A stretch of 64,000 nucleotides of DNA, from NCBI GenBank assembly GCA_003599485.1, contig QZKM01000018.1:278-64277 (forward strand), given 5' to 3'. Under the pieces are notes generated by a model that had not been told where the DNA came from, ran no database searches, and worked only from the letters and a program-made list of their open reading frames with translations. The stretch is from Gammaproteobacteria bacterium. GTDB lineage: Bacteria > Pseudomonadota > Gammaproteobacteria > SURF-13. Positions 21,913 to 33,789 of this stretch are shown here, piece by piece. Made by a program: the position numbers and the translations under genes. Within the stretch, counting starts at the first letter, position 1, and each line of letters opens with the position of its first letter.

Positions 21913-23104
21913 GGAAGCGCAGCGGCGCATCAGCGCCGCCATCACGCCCGTCACCGAATGCGAGCAAATCGCACTCGGCGACAGCCTGGGGCGTGTGCTC
22001 GGCGCGGACCTCTGCTCCAGCGCGGACGTGCCGCCTTATGCCAACTCGGCCATGGACGGCTATGCCTTCAATAGCGCCGATTTGCCGGACATCGGCAAGC
22101 GTGATTTAAAAATCGTGGGCGCGGCACTGGCGGGCAAGCCTTACAGTGCGGCACTGCGCCCGGGCGAATGCATACGCATCATGACCGGTGCAGTGCTGCC
22201 GCAGGGCGCGGACACCGTCGTCATGCAGGAGCAGGCGGAGTGCGCGGGCGACACCCTGCTTCTCGCGCCGGGGCATGCACCCGGCCAGCATGTACGCCGG
22301 GCCGGCGAGGATATTGCGCGCGGGGACGTAGTATTAAAGTGTGGCAGACGGCTCCAACCCGCTGACCTCGGCCTGCTGGCCTCGCTCGGCATCGCCACGG
22401 TGAACGTCTACCGGCGTATACGCGTTGCGTTGTTCACCACCGGAGATGAACTGCGCGAGGTGGATGAACCGCTGGACGCAGGACAGATTCACGACAGCAA
22501 TCGTTACGTGCTGCGCGCCCTGCTCACCCAGGCGGGCGTGACGTGCGTGGACATGGGCATCGTGCGCGACAGGCGCGAACAGGTGCGCGCGGCGCTGGCC
22601 CGGGCAGCGGATATCGCGGACGTGGTCATCAGCAGCGGCGGGGCTTCGGCAGGTGAAACCGATTACATCCGGGAAATTCTGGCCGAGCTGGGCGAAGTGA
22701 ATTTCTGGCGCATCGCCATGAAGCCGGGCAAGCCACTGGTCTTCGGCCGCATCGGGCGCGCGCATTTTTTCGGCTTGCCCGGCAATCCGGTGTCCGCCAT
22801 GGTCACCTTTTACCAGTTCGCGCTGCCCGCGCTACTCAAACTGATGGGCATGCAGGACCGCGCGGCGCATACCCTTTTGCTGAACTGTACCGAACATCTC
22901 AAGAAGGCGGCTGGACGCACCGAGTTTCTGCGCGGCGTCATCGAACACGACGCTGCGGGTCAAATGACGGTGCGCACCACCGGGGCGCAAGGATCGGGAA
23001 TACTCAGCTCCATGAGCAAGGCCGACTGTTTCATTATCCTGCCCGGACCGTGTACGGAAGTCACACCCGGCGCTCCGGTGACGGTGCAATTATTCACGCT
23101 CTGA
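21878..23104 (+). CDS. moeA: Molybdopterin molybdotransferase
   Basis: SAMDGYA, IMTGA, TGDEL, KPGKP, GLPGNPVS. Confidence 0.96.
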   Translation: MEAKKDSLLGVEEAQRRISAAITPVTECEQIALGDSLGRVLGADLCSSADVPPYANSAMDGYAFNSADLPDIGKRDLKIVGAALAGKPYSAALRPGECIRIMTGAVLPQGADTVVMQEQAECAGDTLLLAPGHAPGQHVRRAGEDIARGDVVLKCGRRLQPADLGLLASLGIATVNVYRRIRVALFTTGDELREVDEPLDAGQIHDSNRYVLRALLTQAGVTCVDMGIVRDRREQVRAALARAADIADVVISSGGASAGETDYIREILAELGEVNFWRIAMKPGKPLVFGRIGRAHFFGLPGNPVSAMVTFYQFALPALLKLMGMQDRAAHTLLLNCTEHLKKAAGRTEFLRGVIEHDAAGQMTVRTTGAQGSGILSSMSKADCFIILPGPCTEVTPGAPVTVQLFTL

Positions 23105-23151
23105 CCCGGCAGAGATACAGCCTTGCCACCCGGCAGGGAGCGCTGACTGAA

Positions 23152-23544
23152 TCAGCGTTTCTTTTTCACCGCCTTCCTTTTCATGGCGACCGCCCTTCTC
23201 ACCGCCGCCCGTTGCATGCGCGCCAGTTTGATAAAGTATTTGCGTTCCCATTTTTTTTCGAACGCGCGTATGGCCTTGCGTTTGGCCTTCATCATGCGCG
23301 CCATGGTCTTCCTGGCGGCCGCCCGGGCACGCTTGGCGGCCGCTTTCACCGCGGCCTCGGCCTTGGCCTGAGCGAGTCTCTCCTTCGCCGCCAGCCTCTT
23401 CAGGGTAGCGGCGCTTAATTTAAGTTTGGCTCGCCTCTTGCGGCGCGTTATCTTCGCCACACGGGCTGCTTTTCCGCCTCGTCTGCGCACCGCACCGGCT
23501 TTTCTTTTCTTCCTCACTATTGCAGCCTTCTTCATTTTTGCCAT
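23152..23544 (-). CDS. Extremely basic Lys/Arg/Ala-rich protein (histone H1-like), 130 aa
   Basis: SD CAGGAG before ATG 23544, own sigma70-like promoter, 54 K+R versus 4 acidic residues by hand count. Confidence 0.75.
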   Translation of the reverse strand: MAKMKKAAIVRKKRKAGAVRRRGGKAARVAKITRRKRRAKLKLSAATLKRLAAKERLAQAKAEAAVKAAAKRARAAARKTMARMMKAKRKAIRAFEKKWERKYFIKLARMQRAAVRRAVAMKRKAVKKKR

Positions 23545-23582
23545 GATGTTTTTCTCCTGCATGGATACGACCAACATGATTC

Positions 23583-23610
23583 ATTATACCTGCATGTTTT
23601 AATAGTACAA
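23583..23610 (-). promoter_or_regulatory. Sigma70-like promoter of the basic-protein gene
   Basis: Minus strand TTGTAC-N16-TATAAT. Confidence 0.6.
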
Positions 23611-23645
23611 CATTCATTAACAGCGCGCTGCATTCATCCATTACT

Positions 23646-24698
23646 TCATTCGTCCGGCACTGCAACCTGGTCCGTGTCCAGCCATCCGCACGCGTACTTC
23701 CCGACAATGGCCGACAGCGCTTTGATATGTGCGGGGTGATCATTAAGCGCCGGCATATAATGGTAACTCCCGCCGCCTGATTGAAGAAACAAATCGCGGT
23801 TCTGCATGGCGATTTCCTCAAGGGTCTCCAGGCAATCGGCGGAAAATCCCGGGCACACCACGTCCACGCTTTTTACGCCGGCGCCACCCCATTGTTGCAG
23901 GATTTGATCCGTGTAAGGCTGCAACCACGGCTCGCGCCCGAAACGCGACTGAAAGCTCACCTTCCACTGGCCGGCGGAAAGTCGCAGTTGCTCCGCTATC
24001 AGGCGCGCCGTTTTGTGGCACTCGTAATAATAGGGATCGCCCTGGGCAAGAAAGCGCTGCGGCAGCCCATGAAAGGAAAACAACAGCCGCTCGCCCGGCT
24101 CACGGCCGCGCCAATTATCGCGGATGGACTCCGCCACGGCTTTAATGTAAGCGGGCTCATCGTGATAATGCTTCACCACGCGCAGCTCAGGGATATTTTT
24201 CCACTTTTTGAGTGTCGCAGCCACTGCGTCGAAGGTCGAGGCGGTGGTGGAGGACGAGTATTGAGGATAAAGCGGCAGCAGCACTATGCGCGCGGCGTTG
24301 GCGGCGCGCAACTGATTAAGCGCGTCCTCCAGGGAAGGCTTGCCGTAACGCATGCCCAGCGCCACCGTCAGCGGTTCCTTGAAGCACTGTTTCAATTCAT
24401 TCTGCAACGCCGCCGCTTGACGCTGTGAATTCGCCAGCAAAGGTGAACCGTGCTCGCTCCAGACCTTTGCATAAGAGTGGGCGGAGCGCGCGGGGCGGAT
24501 ACGCAGTATCACGCCGTGCAGTATCGGCCACCACAACCAGCGCGGCATATCCACCACGCGCGGGTCCCAGAGAAATTCTGCCAGATAACGGCGCACGGCT
24601 TGTGCAGTGGGCGCATCCGGCGTGCCCAGATTGCTGATTAACACGCCTGTGACGGACGGCGGCGCGTCGTGCGCCTCCTCTGTGACGGATGCGCTCAT
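23646..24698 (-). CDS. hemH: Ferrochelatase
   Basis: [38 protein letters not shown]. Confidence 0.97.
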   Translation of the reverse strand: MSASVTEEAHDAPPSVTGVLISNLGTPDAPTAQAVRRYLAEFLWDPRVVDMPRWLWWPILHGVILRIRPARSAHSYAKVWSEHGSPLLANSQRQAAALQNELKQCFKEPLTVALGMRYGKPSLEDALNQLRAANAARIVLLPLYPQYSSSTTASTFDAVAATLKKWKNIPELRVVKHYHDEPAYIKAVAESIRDNWRGREPGERLLFSFHGLPQRFLAQGDPYYYECHKTARLIAEQLRLSAGQWKVSFQSRFGREPWLQPYTDQILQQWGGAGVKSVDVVCPGFSADCLETLEEIAMQNRDLFLQSGGGSYHYMPALNDHPAHIKALSAIVGKYACGWLDTDQVAVPDE

Positions 24699-25606
24699 GA
24701 GCGGGTCTTGCGCGCCGCAGCGGCGTCATCATCGGTGTGATGCTCGTCCAGATAGGACTTGAATGGCCGGCCCAGCTCCGGGTGACGCAGCGCATACTCC
24801 ACCGTAGCCTGCAGATAACCCAGCTTGCTGCCGCAATCGTAGCGTTTCCCGATGAACGGATAGGCCAAGACGGTTTCCAGTTGAATCAGTGACGCGATGG
24901 CGTCGGTCAATTGAATTTCGCCCTGCGCCGCCTCCGCCCTGGCCCCAATCAAATCGAAGATGCGCGGCGTGAGGATATAGCGGCCCACCACGGCGAGCGT
25001 GGAAGGCGCTTGTTGCGGCTGCGGTTTTTCCACGATGGAGGTGACGCGGCGCAGTGTCCCCTGCCACGCCTCACTGTCCACGATGCCGTACTTGCCGGTA
25101 TCGCGGCGCGCGACCTCCTCCACCGCAAGCAAACTGCAACGATGCTGTTCATAAACCGCAACCATTTGCGCCAGGCAGCCGCGTTCACCATCATAGATCA
25201 AATCATCAGCCAGTATCACCGCAAAGGGTTCATCCTTGATGAGATCCCTGGCGCACAATACAGCATGTCCCAGGCCCAGCGCTTCGGCCTGACGCACATA
25301 GGCGCACGACACGCCCCTGGGCAATATACCGCGCACCTCGGCGAGCAGTTCCGTGCGCCCGCGCCGCTCCAGTTCGTATTCCAGTTCGAACGAACGGTCA
25401 AAATGATCCTCGATGGCGCGCTTGTTGCTGCTGGTGACGAAAATCATTTCCGTAATACCGGCGCTGACGGCTTCTTCCACGGCGTACTGGATCAGCGGTT
25501 TATCCACCACCGGCAGCATTTCCTTGGGGCTGGCCTTGGTCGCGGGAAGAAACCGCGTTCCGAGCCCCGCTACCGGAAATACCGCTTTACGGATGTATGG
25601 CGTCAT
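24695..25606 (-). CDS. galU: UTP-glucose-1-phosphate uridylyltransferase
   Basis: [34 protein letters not shown]. Confidence 0.97.
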   Translation of the reverse strand: MTPYIRKAVFPVAGLGTRFLPATKASPKEMLPVVDKPLIQYAVEEAVSAGITEMIFVTSSNKRAIEDHFDRSFELEYELERRGRTELLAEVRGILPRGVSCAYVRQAEALGLGHAVLCARDLIKDEPFAVILADDLIYDGERGCLAQMVAVYEQHRCSLLAVEEVARRDTGKYGIVDSEAWQGTLRRVTSIVEKPQPQQAPSTLAVVGRYILTPRIFDLIGARAEAAQGEIQLTDAIASLIQLETVLAYPFIGKRYDCGSKLGYLQATVEYALRHPELGRPFKSYLDEHHTDDDAAAARKTRS

Positions 25607-27480
25607 GTGAGGGCCAGGGGAACGACGTTGGAGGGCCGGCCGTCCGGCGACTCATTAAGCTCCGGTACCATGCGCTTGACCAGCGCGCGCAAGCGTGGCT
25701 CGTCATAGTCGTCGCAGGCCAAGGCCAGCTCCTCCAGATACTCACTCAACGATGGCCAGTCACAGCCCCTGCACTGAGCGAGCAGTATCTTTGGATGAGG
25801 GGTGGGAGTGAGTTTTTCCTGCTCGTGAAACAGCTCCTCGTACAGCTTTTCACCCGGGCGCAGGCCGGTATAGATGATTTTGATATCCTTGCCGGGAGAT
25901 TTGCCCGACAGACGGATCATCTGCTCGGCGAGGTAGGCGATGGACACCGGCTTGCCCATGTCGAGCACATAGATTTCTCCGCCCTTGCCGATCACCGAGG
26001 CCTGCATGATGAGCTGACAGGCTTCGGGTATGGTCATGAAGAAACGGGTGATTTCCGGGTGCGTGACCGTAACCGGTCCGCCCGCCGCGATCTGTTTCTG
26101 GAACAAGGGCACCACGCTGCCGGCCGAACCCAGCACGTTGCCAAAGCGCACCGTGATGAGGCGCATGCTGGAGCGTACCCCCAGCGCCTGGCCGAGGATC
26201 TCGGCGATGCGCTTGCTCGCGCCCATGACGTTGGTGGGATTGACCGCCTTGTCGGTGGAAATCAAAACAAACGTGGCGCAGCCGTGGCGCTCGGCCGCTT
26301 CCACCAGCGTCCTGGTGCCGAGCACGTTGTTGCGCACCGCCTCGCGCACCTGATTCTCCAGCATCGGCACGTGCTTGTACGCCGCGGCGTGGAAAATAAC
26401 CTCCGGCCGGTGCTGTCGCAGCAGGTGTTGCACCGCGTTCGCATCGCACACGTCGCCGAGGCAGGCCTGCAAATTGAGGTTGGGAAACTTTCCGCGCAAC
26501 TCCATCTCGATGCTGTATAAATTGAATTCGCTGCGCTCATAAATCAGCAGCGCGCTCACCCCCAGGCGCGCCACCTGGCGGCACAATTCCGCGCCGATGG
26601 AGCCGCCTCCGCCGGTGATGAGCACGGTTTTCCCCGTCAATCCGCTGCTGATCGCCTGCCAGTCCAGCGATACCGTTTCGCGGTTGAGCAAATCTTCCAG
26701 CGCCACTTCCTTCAACGCTTGCAGCGCCGACTGCCCGGAAACCAGGTCGCGCAGGCGCGGCAGGGTGCGAAACGGCAGCATGGTTTGCTCGCACAGGGAA
26801 ACCGCGCGCTGCATTTGCGCGTTGGTCGCCGAAGGCATGGCGATCACGATCACATCCACACCCTTGCGCCGCACGACGTCCGGCAGGTCATCCAGGGAAC
26901 CCAGCAGTGGAACGCCATGAATCTTCGCGCCCTTCAGTTCCGGGTTGTCATCCAGGAATCCCACCGGCAGATATTCCTCGCCGTGCAGCATGTCGCGCGC
27001 CAGGCTCTCGCCCGACCTGCCGGCGCCCAGCAGCAGCACGCGCTTGCGTTCCGCGCGGTCGAGCAGGTTGAAGCGGTGATCTTTCCACAGGCGGTACATT
27101 TGACGCGGCGCGCCCAGCAGCATCACCAGGAACACCGGATAAAGCAGCAATATACTGCGTGGTATGCCTTCCAGGCGGTTGAACAGGAACAAGCCCAGCG
27201 CTATCGTCAGTACACCGAACAACGCGCCGCGCATGATGTTCCATAGGTCGGCGACACTGGCGAAACGCCACAAGCCTCGATAGGCGCCTGTCCACCATAA
27301 TATTAATCCCTGGGCGGCGATAATCCACGGCGTCAATTGCAACAATCCGGGCTGATTCAGGGTAAGGGAGAAATCATGACGCACCCAGACAGCCAACACC
27401 CATGCCAGACCCGCCATGAAGAGATCATGCAGTAACACGGCCGCGCGGCGGCTGATTACGTTGGATGCTAAACCCGGCAT
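25603..27480 (-). CDS. Membrane-bound UDP-sugar 4,6-dehydratase (WbpM/CapD family)
   Basis: N-terminal TM helices, [31 protein letters not shown]. Confidence 0.93.
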   Translation of the reverse strand: MPGLASNVISRRAAVLLHDLFMAGLAWVLAVWVRHDFSLTLNQPGLLQLTPWIIAAQGLILWWTGAYRGLWRFASVADLWNIMRGALFGVLTIALGLFLFNRLEGIPRSILLLYPVFLVMLLGAPRQMYRLWKDHRFNLLDRAERKRVLLLGAGRSGESLARDMLHGEEYLPVGFLDDNPELKGAKIHGVPLLGSLDDLPDVVRRKGVDVIVIAMPSATNAQMQRAVSLCEQTMLPFRTLPRLRDLVSGQSALQALKEVALEDLLNRETVSLDWQAISSGLTGKTVLITGGGGSIGAELCRQVARLGVSALLIYERSEFNLYSIEMELRGKFPNLNLQACLGDVCDANAVQHLLRQHRPEVIFHAAAYKHVPMLENQVREAVRNNVLGTRTLVEAAERHGCATFVLISTDKAVNPTNVMGASKRIAEILGQALGVRSSMRLITVRFGNVLGSAGSVVPLFQKQIAAGGPVTVTHPEITRFFMTIPEACQLIMQASVIGKGGEIYVLDMGKPVSIAYLAEQMIRLSGKSPGKDIKIIYTGLRPGEKLYEELFHEQEKLTPTPHPKILLAQCRGCDWPSLSEYLEELALACDDYDEPRLRALVKRMVPELNESPDGRPSNVVPLALT

Positions 27481-28476
27481 TTATTTAATCGTCATTCTGA
27501 TCTGCAAATACACCCACATGGCCGCTCCCGCCATGCCCGCGACGGATACGGCATGGACGGCAAGCTCGTCATGCCGCCACACCCACGCGGCCAGCCCCCA
27601 CAGCAACGCGACATTTAATACTATCACGGCCATCGTCACCTGTTTGTGGCTGTATCCGGCCTGTGTCATGCGCTGATACAGATGCGTGGCGTGCGCCTGA
27701 TACCAGCGCTCGCCGCGCAGCATGCGCCGCAGCAGGGTCAGTGTAGCATCCAGCACGAACGGCGCAAGCAGTATCAGCCAGATGAGCGCGGATAAAGCGC
27801 CCGACTGCGCGCCGGCGAGCGCCAATACCGCGAAGCTGTAACCCAGCAAGCCGCTGCCCGCATCGCCCATGAATATTTTGGCGGGCGGCCAGTTCCAGAC
27901 CAGGAATCCCGCACTGGACACGGCCAGCGCCATGCTGGCCAGCGCCAGTCCGGGTGCATCGCTCAACCACAGCAGCACACCGCCTGCCAGCGCCGCGCAC
28001 AGCGCCTGCGCGCCCGCCAGGCCGTCAATGCCGTCCATGAAATTATAGAGATTGATCAGCCAGACCATTCCCAGCAGCGCCAGCAATGCATCAAATGCGG
28101 AAAGATCCGCCCCCAGCCAGAACAAGGCCCACAACGCAGCCAGCACATGCACCAGCAGACGCCACGGCGGCGCAACGTGGCGGTGATCATCCCACGCGCC
28201 AACGGCCGCCACCAGCAGCCCGCCCCCCAGCAGCGCCATGCCGGCGTCGCGCGGCAACACGTCCCACCACAGCAACAGGGCGAGACTGAAGAAAAACGCC
28301 GCCGCAATGGCGATGCCGCCGCCGTGCGGCGTCGGCACAACATGGGCGCTGCGCTCGTTCGGCACATCCAGCAATCCATGGCGCAAGGCAAAACGGTACA
28401 TCAACAGCGTCGTCAGCAGCGCCACGCCAAAGGCGCCCGCCAGCACAAGTCCGTAAGCAAACAGCGGGGAAGGCAC
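27481..28476 (-). CDS. MraY-like glycosyltransferase family 4 (WbpL-like initiating transferase)
   Basis: DVPNERSAH..PTP.GGG, NLYNFMDGIDGL, FMGDAGS; start estimated at GTG 28476. Confidence 0.9.
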   Translation of the reverse strand: MPSPLFAYGLVLAGAFGVALLTTLLMYRFALRHGLLDVPNERSAHVVPTPHGGGIAIAAAFFFSLALLLWWDVLPRDAGMALLGGGLLVAAVGAWDDHRHVAPPWRLLVHVLAALWALFWLGADLSAFDALLALLGMVWLINLYNFMDGIDGLAGAQALCAALAGGVLLWLSDAPGLALASMALAVSSAGFLVWNWPPAKIFMGDAGSGLLGYSFAVLALAGAQSGALSALIWLILLAPFVLDATLTLLRRMLRGERWYQAHATHLYQRMTQAGYSHKQVTMAVIVLNVALLWGLAAWVWRHDELAVHAVSVAGMAGAAMWVYLQIRMTIK

Positions 28477-28493
28477 GGGATAGCGTGGACGGC

Positions 28494-29273
28494 TCAGGTT
28501 GTATGCAGGGAGGCGATTTCGGACTGTATCGCGCGCAACGCCTGCATGGGATCGGGCGCGCGCGTGATGGGACGCCCTATCACCAGATAGCTGGCGCCGG
28601 CCTGCAACGCCTCGCATGGCGTCAGGGTGCGCTTTTGATCGTCCGCTGTGCTGTTTGATGGCCTGATGCCCGGCGTCACCAGGCAAAAATCCGCGCCCAG
28701 TGCGCCGCGCAGCAACGCGGTCTCGCGCGGCGAACACACCACGCCGTCCAGCCCCGCGGCGTGCGCAAGCCTCGCAAGACGCAGCACGTTTTCCTCAACG
28801 GAGCCCATGAGCCCAAGCTGGCGCAGGTCATGCGCGTCCAGGCTGGTGAGCACGGTTACCGCTACCAGCAAAGGCCTGGAACCGCCCGCCTTATCCAGCG
28901 CGTTGCGCGCCGCTTCAAGCATCTTTTTTCCGCCCAATGCGTGCACGTTCATCATCCACACGCCCAGATCCGCCGCTGCGCTGCAAGCCTGCGCCACGGT
29001 GTTGGGGATGTCATGAAATTTGAGATCAAGAAACACGTCAAAACCGCGCTCGGCGGCCTGCCGTACGAACTGCGGCCCGCCGCGCACAAACAGCTCCTTG
29101 CCGATCTTGAGCTTGCATTCCGCCCCGTCGAGCGAATCCAATAACGGCAGCGCTTGCCGCGGATTGGGATAATCCAGCGCCACGATGATGCGCGTAGCCG
29201 CTCCCGTCGCCCTGCCTCCCGCGACACTGGCAGAACCCTTCGCTGGCGCTGAACCCTGTGCGTCGTCAGTCAC
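28494..29273 (-). CDS. pyrF: Orotidine-5'-phosphate decarboxylase
   Basis: [31 protein letters not shown]; start estimated at GTG 29273. Confidence 0.96.
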   Translation of the reverse strand: MTDDAQGSAPAKGSASVAGGRATGAATRIIVALDYPNPRQALPLLDSLDGAECKLKIGKELFVRGGPQFVRQAAERGFDVFLDLKFHDIPNTVAQACSAAADLGVWMMNVHALGGKKMLEAARNALDKAGGSRPLLVAVTVLTSLDAHDLRQLGLMGSVEENVLRLARLAHAAGLDGVVCSPRETALLRGALGADFCLVTPGIRPSNSTADDQKRTLTPCEALQAGASYLVIGRPITRAPDPMQALRAIQSEIASLHTT

Positions 29274-30429
29274 CTTCCACACCCTGCAACGGCTTGATCG
29301 TATTCCAGCGTTTGCAGCTCGGGCATTGCCAATGCAATGCCTTGCCGGCAAACCCGCACTGAGTACAGCTGTACAATGGTTTGTTGCACATGAGCTGGCT
29401 GGTGAGATCTTTCAGAATGAGCAGATTGTCACGCACCTCCGCGTCGGCGTGACTGAGCTTGACCTCGATCAGATGATCGAGTCCGCGCACCGAGGGACGA
29501 TTGCGCAGTTGCGCGGTGATGAAGTCTTCCGCCTGCGCGTCCCCGTACTGGCGGCGCAGCGCATCGGCAAGCGCGAGCATAAGTGAAATGTTTTTATGCT
29601 GACTGGACAGACGGCGCAGGTAGTCCACCATGTCCGCCTCACGGCCCAGCCTGGAGTAGCAATCGCGCAACGGTTCGATGATCTCCGGCAGAAAATCGCT
29701 GTCCTGTTGTTCAACGCGCTCCAGCGCGCGCAATGCGGCCTTGTAATCGCCCGCCCGGCGCGCCATATCGGCCTCGATCAAGCTGGCCCTGACGCTGTTC
29801 TCGTCGGTGTCCAGCGCCTGGCGCAGGTACTGCTCTGCCTGCCTGTCATCTGCGCCAGCCAGCGCCTGCTCGGCCAGTTCACAGTAGTATTGCGCGACCA
29901 TGCCTCGCGTGTCCTCGCCAAAAAGGGTCTGCAATTTTTTTGCGCTGGCTATCGCCTGACGCCAGTCTTTTTCCTGCTGGTAAATATCCAGCAGTAGATG
30001 CAGCGCATTGCCTACGTGCTCATTCCTCTCGATCAATTCCTGAAACAGGCTTTCGGCGCGGTCCAGTAATCCCGCGCGCAGATAATCCTGACCGAGTTCG
30101 AGCAGCGCCTGACTGCGTTGTTGCAGACTGAGCGTGGGGCGGGCGATAAGATTCTGGTGTATGCGGATCGCGCGCTCTACCTCACCACGGCGCCGGAACA
30201 AACTGCCCAGGGCAAGATGCGTCTCGACCGTCTCGCTGTCCACCTCAACCATGCGGATGAACACCTCGATGGCCTTATCCGGCTGTTCATTGAGGAGATA
30301 GTTGAGCCCCTTGAAATAGTGGGAGGAAAATTCAAAACCGCTGCGTGTCCGCCTCTTATCGTCGCGCTTGGCGAGCCACCAGCCGGAGGCGGCGGCCACG
30401 GGCAGGAGCAGCAGCAATAGCGTCCACAT
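29266..30429 (-). CDS. lapB: LPS assembly protein LapB (TPR + rubredoxin)
   Basis: [19 protein letters not shown] repeats, CTQCGF...WQCPSC. Confidence 0.96.
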   Translation of the reverse strand: MWTLLLLLLPVAAASGWWLAKRDDKRRTRSGFEFSSHYFKGLNYLLNEQPDKAIEVFIRMVEVDSETVETHLALGSLFRRRGEVERAIRIHQNLIARPTLSLQQRSQALLELGQDYLRAGLLDRAESLFQELIERNEHVGNALHLLLDIYQQEKDWRQAIASAKKLQTLFGEDTRGMVAQYYCELAEQALAGADDRQAEQYLRQALDTDENSVRASLIEADMARRAGDYKAALRALERVEQQDSDFLPEIIEPLRDCYSRLGREADMVDYLRRLSSQHKNISLMLALADALRRQYGDAQAEDFITAQLRNRPSVRGLDHLIEVKLSHADAEVRDNLLILKDLTSQLMCNKPLYSCTQCGFAGKALHWQCPSCKRWNTIKPLQGVEGD

Positions 30430-30439
30430 TACCGGAGAC

Positions 30440-30733
30440 CTACTGGCTGTCCTTGACGGGAATGGAGCGCAGATTCATGATTTCCGTTTCCAAAAGTTTC
30501 ACGGCCTTGCGCAGGCGGCTCACTTCGCGCTTCAAACGGAAAATGGACCCCAGACAGGAACCCACACCGAATAAAACGCCGGCAGCCGCGGCGATCACCA
30601 GTGTGAGCGACAGCGGCACATCCCAATGGCCGAAATAGTAATCAATCTGCACTACCCCGGCGTTGATCAACGCCAGGCCCAGGCTTGCCGCCAGAATGAT
30701 CAAAAACAGCATGAAGCGCACAATACGCAACAT
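30440..30733 (-). CDS. lapA: LPS assembly protein LapA
   Basis: Two TM helices plus coiled coil, between ihfB and lapB; SD GGAGG before ATG 30733. Confidence 0.85.
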   Translation of the reverse strand: MLRIVRFMLFLIILAASLGLALINAGVVQIDYYFGHWDVPLSLTLVIAAAAGVLFGVGSCLGSIFRLKREVSRLRKAVKLLETEIMNLRSIPVKDSQ

Positions 30734-30823
30734 TTCACCTCCCTCAAACAGCATCGCCTTTGCGTGCAGCGGGTAAGTATAATATGGTTAGTGCGCGACC
30801 GCATCCGGTCCGCCTTTGGCGCA

Positions 30824-30854
30824 TAAAAAAACGGCATGGAGCGACCCATGCCGT
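30824..30854 (-). terminator. Rho-independent terminator after ihfB
   Basis: Minus strand ACGGCATGG-GTCGCT-CCATGCCGT followed by a T run. Confidence 0.8.
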
Positions 30855-30954
30855 CATGCTCGGATGCAACTTGCGACGCACAGGGATGTGCTAGTGTCGC
30901 GGGAGGCAGGATGCCGGGAGCGACCGGCGCACAGGACGCCGGAAGCGGCGGCGA

Positions 30955-31254
30955 CTATTTCTGCCCGGCGTTCACCCGCTCGCGTAATTCCTTGCCCGGT
31001 TTGAAATGCGGCACATACTTGCCAGGCAGTGTCACGGCGCCGCCGGTTTTCGGGTTCCTGCCGACGCGCGGTGAACGATAGTGCAACGAGAAGCTGCCAA
31101 AGCCGCGTATCTCGATGCGCTCGCCTTCGGAAAGCGCCTGCCCCATGTGCTCCAGCATGGTCTTTACCGCCAGTTCGATGTCTTTATAAGCCAGTTGCGC
31201 CTGCTTGCGCGACAGCGCGTTGAACAGCGCCTCGATGAGATCGGACTTGGTCAT
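30955..31254 (-). CDS. ihfB: Integration host factor beta
   Basis: [37 protein letters not shown]. Confidence 0.97.
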   Translation of the reverse strand: MTKSDLIEALFNALSRKQAQLAYKDIELAVKTMLEHMGQALSEGERIEIRGFGSFSLHYRSPRVGRNPKTGGAVTLPGKYVPHFKPGKELRERVNAGQK

Positions 31255-31290
31255 GGAGTGCATGGATTTTACGGCTCCCCGGTTGGTGGA

Positions 31291-32967
31291 CTACTCGCCT
31301 TTTTTCTTCATGTGCCGCTTGAGTATGTCCCCCAGGGTCGGATTGTGCGCTGCACTCTGCTGGGCGTACTCCTGCATGGCCTCGGCGTGCTCTTCGCTGT
31401 CCTTGGCCTTGATGGATAATGTGATGCCGCGGTTCTTGCGGTCCATGCCGGTGAACTTGGCTTCGATTTCATCGCCCGCCTTGAGCACGCTGCGCGCGTC
31501 TTCCACCCGGTCCTGGGAAAGCTCGGAGGCGCGCAGGTAACCCTCGACGCCATCCGCCAGTTGTACAGTGGCGCCCTTGGCGTCCACTTCTTTGACCACG
31601 CCCTTCACGATGCTGCCCTTGGGATGCGTGGCGACGAAGTTGGAGGCCGGGTCCTGCTCAAGCTGTTTGATGCCGAGCGAGATGCGCTCGCGCTCCGGAT
31701 CCACCGCGAGGATCACGCTCTCGATCTCGTCGCCCTTCTTGTAGTTGCGCACCGCCTCTTCACCGGGCAATGCCCAGGAAATATCGGACAGGTGCACCAG
31801 ACCGTCTATGCCGCCGTCCAGTCCGACGAAAATACCGAAATCGGTGATGGATTTGATCTTGCCGGAAATCTTGTCGCCCTTGTTGTGGGTGGCGCCGAAC
31901 TCCTCCCACGGGTTGGGCTTGCACTGTTTCATGCCGAGCGAGATGCGGCGCCGCTCCTCGTCTATTTCCAGCACCATCACCTCGACTTCGTCACCGAGCT
32001 GCACCAGCTTGGAGGGGTGCACGTTTTTGTTGGTCCAGTCCATTTCCGAGACGTGCACCAGGCCTTCCACGCCGTCCTCGATCTCCACGAAGCAGCCGTA
32101 ATCGGCGATGTTGGTGACCTTGCCGAACAGGCGCGTGCCGGAGGGATAGCGCCGCACCAGGTCCGCCCACGGGTCGTCGCCGGTTTGCTTCAGGCCCAGC
32201 GAAACGCGGTTGCGCTCCTTGTCGAACTTGAGCACCTTGACTTCAATCTCGTCGCCGACTTTGACCACTTCGCTCGGGCTCTTGATGCGCTTCCACGCCA
32301 TGTCGGTGATGTGCAGCAGGCCGTCTATGCCGCCCAAATCCACGAACGCGCCGTAATCGGTGAGGTTTTTCACCACGCCCTTGACCACGTCGCCTTCCTG
32401 AAGATTTTGCAGCAGCGCCGCGCGCTCCGCGCTGGTTTCCGTGTCCATCGCCGCACGCCGCGACACCACGACGTTATTGCGCTTGCGGTCGAGCTTGATG
32501 ATCTTGAATTCGTATTCCTTGCCTTCCAGTTGGGCCGGATCGCGCACCGGGCGCGCATCGGCCAGCGAGCCCGGCAGGAACGCGCGCACGTCGCCGATTT
32601 CCACCGTGAAGCCGCCTTTGACGCGGCCGCTCACCAGGCCGGTAATTTTTTCGCCGGCCTCGAACACCCGTTCCAGTTTGGTCCAGGATTGATCTCGCTT
32701 GGCCTTCTCGCGCGACAGGCGCGTCAGGCCGAAGCCGTCCTCGATATTGTCCAGAGCGACGTCCACCACGTCGCCCACATTGACTTCAATTGCGCCCTGC
32801 TCGTTGTAAAACTGCTCGACGGGTATCATCCCTTCGGACTTGAGCCCCGCGTCCACCACCACCACGTCGTGATCCACGCGCACCACTCTGGCGCTGACGA
32901 TGGAGCCGGTACGCATACGCTTTCCGGTAAAGCTCTCTTCCAGTAACTGGGCAAAATTTTCGCTCAT
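31291..32967 (-). CDS. rpsA: 30S ribosomal protein S1
   Basis: Six S1 repeats ([18 protein letters not shown] etc.). Confidence 0.99.
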   Translation of the reverse strand: MSENFAQLLEESFTGKRMRTGSIVSARVVRVDHDVVVVDAGLKSEGMIPVEQFYNEQGAIEVNVGDVVDVALDNIEDGFGLTRLSREKAKRDQSWTKLERVFEAGEKITGLVSGRVKGGFTVEIGDVRAFLPGSLADARPVRDPAQLEGKEYEFKIIKLDRKRNNVVVSRRAAMDTETSAERAALLQNLQEGDVVKGVVKNLTDYGAFVDLGGIDGLLHITDMAWKRIKSPSEVVKVGDEIEVKVLKFDKERNRVSLGLKQTGDDPWADLVRRYPSGTRLFGKVTNIADYGCFVEIEDGVEGLVHVSEMDWTNKNVHPSKLVQLGDEVEVMVLEIDEERRRISLGMKQCKPNPWEEFGATHNKGDKISGKIKSITDFGIFVGLDGGIDGLVHLSDISWALPGEEAVRNYKKGDEIESVILAVDPERERISLGIKQLEQDPASNFVATHPKGSIVKGVVKEVDAKGATVQLADGVEGYLRASELSQDRVEDARSVLKAGDEIEAKFTGMDRKNRGITLSIKAKDSEEHAEAMQEYAQQSAAHNPTLGDILKRHMKKKGE

Positions 32968-33092
32968 ACTTTTATAAATCTATCCTCGACCGCTGACGGC
33001 GCCGTCATCGGCCGCGTGCAGATCTAAACCACCTGGTTAATTGATAATCAGTGCAAACCGGGACATGCCCGCCTGCGCCACCTGTACCACTC

Positions 33093-33788
33093 CTACTTCT
33101 TCCGTAACAACGCCTGTATCCGCTCCACCACGGCCTCGATGCTCATTCCGGTAGTGTCCAGCGCCACTGCGTCCGGCGCCGGTTTCAGGGGGGCGGCGGC
33201 GCGTGCGCTATCCCGCGCGTCGCGCTCGGCAATATCCTTTACAAGGTCGTTCATTTTAGCATCGAGTCCCTTATCTTTCAACTGTTTATAGCGCCTGCAC
33301 GCGCGCTCCTCAGGCGTCGCGGTAAGAAAAATCTTGAGCGCCGCGTCGGGGAAGATCACCGTGCCCATGTCGCGTCCGTCGGCGACCAGCCCCGGCGCTT
33401 TGCGGAACGCGCGCTGCCGCTGCAGCAGCGCCGCGCGCACTTCGGGCAGGGCCGCCACCCGGGAGGCGTTATTGCTGCACTGTTCGCTACGCAGCGCCGC
33501 GCTGACCTCGACACCCTCCAGATATACCTTGTCCGGCTGCGCCGGGTCTGAGGAAAACCGCGCATCCAGCCCTGCCGCCAGTGCGCCCAAACCTGCGGCG
33601 TCATCCAGCGCCACGCCGTGCTGCAGCGCGGCCAGAGCGACCAGCCGGTACAACGCGCCGCTGTCGAGATAATGCCAGCCCAGACGCTGCGCCAGCAGTT
33701 GGCTGATCGTGCCCTTGCCGGAGCCGCTGGGACCATCTATGGCAAGCACGGGGGCTGGCGCAGAGGGTGGCACGCGAGTCTGCGTCAT
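33093..33788 (-). CDS. cmk: Cytidylate kinase
   Basis: IDGPSGSGKGT, LDSGALYR, ADGRDMGTV; start at ATG 33788. Confidence 0.97.
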   Translation of the reverse strand: MTQTRVPPSAPAPVLAIDGPSGSGKGTISQLLAQRLGWHYLDSGALYRLVALAALQHGVALDDAAGLGALAAGLDARFSSDPAQPDKVYLEGVEVSAALRSEQCSNNASRVAALPEVRAALLQRQRAFRKAPGLVADGRDMGTVIFPDAALKIFLTATPEERACRRYKQLKDKGLDAKMNDLVKDIAERDARDSARAAAPLKPAPDAVALDTTGMSIEAVVERIQALLRKK

Positions 33789-33789
33789 T

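Noticed and set aside
12445..23150. Nitrate cluster as an ssrA-integrated genomic island
   Set aside because: No integrase, no downstream copy of the tmRNA 3' end seen, and composition matches the backbone
27481..29351. Long N-terminal extensions in the ORF track for the WbpL-like gene and pyrF (likewise cmk, scpA, nirD, ratA)
   Set aside because: They overlap upstream genes and lack family similarity; downstream starts fit better
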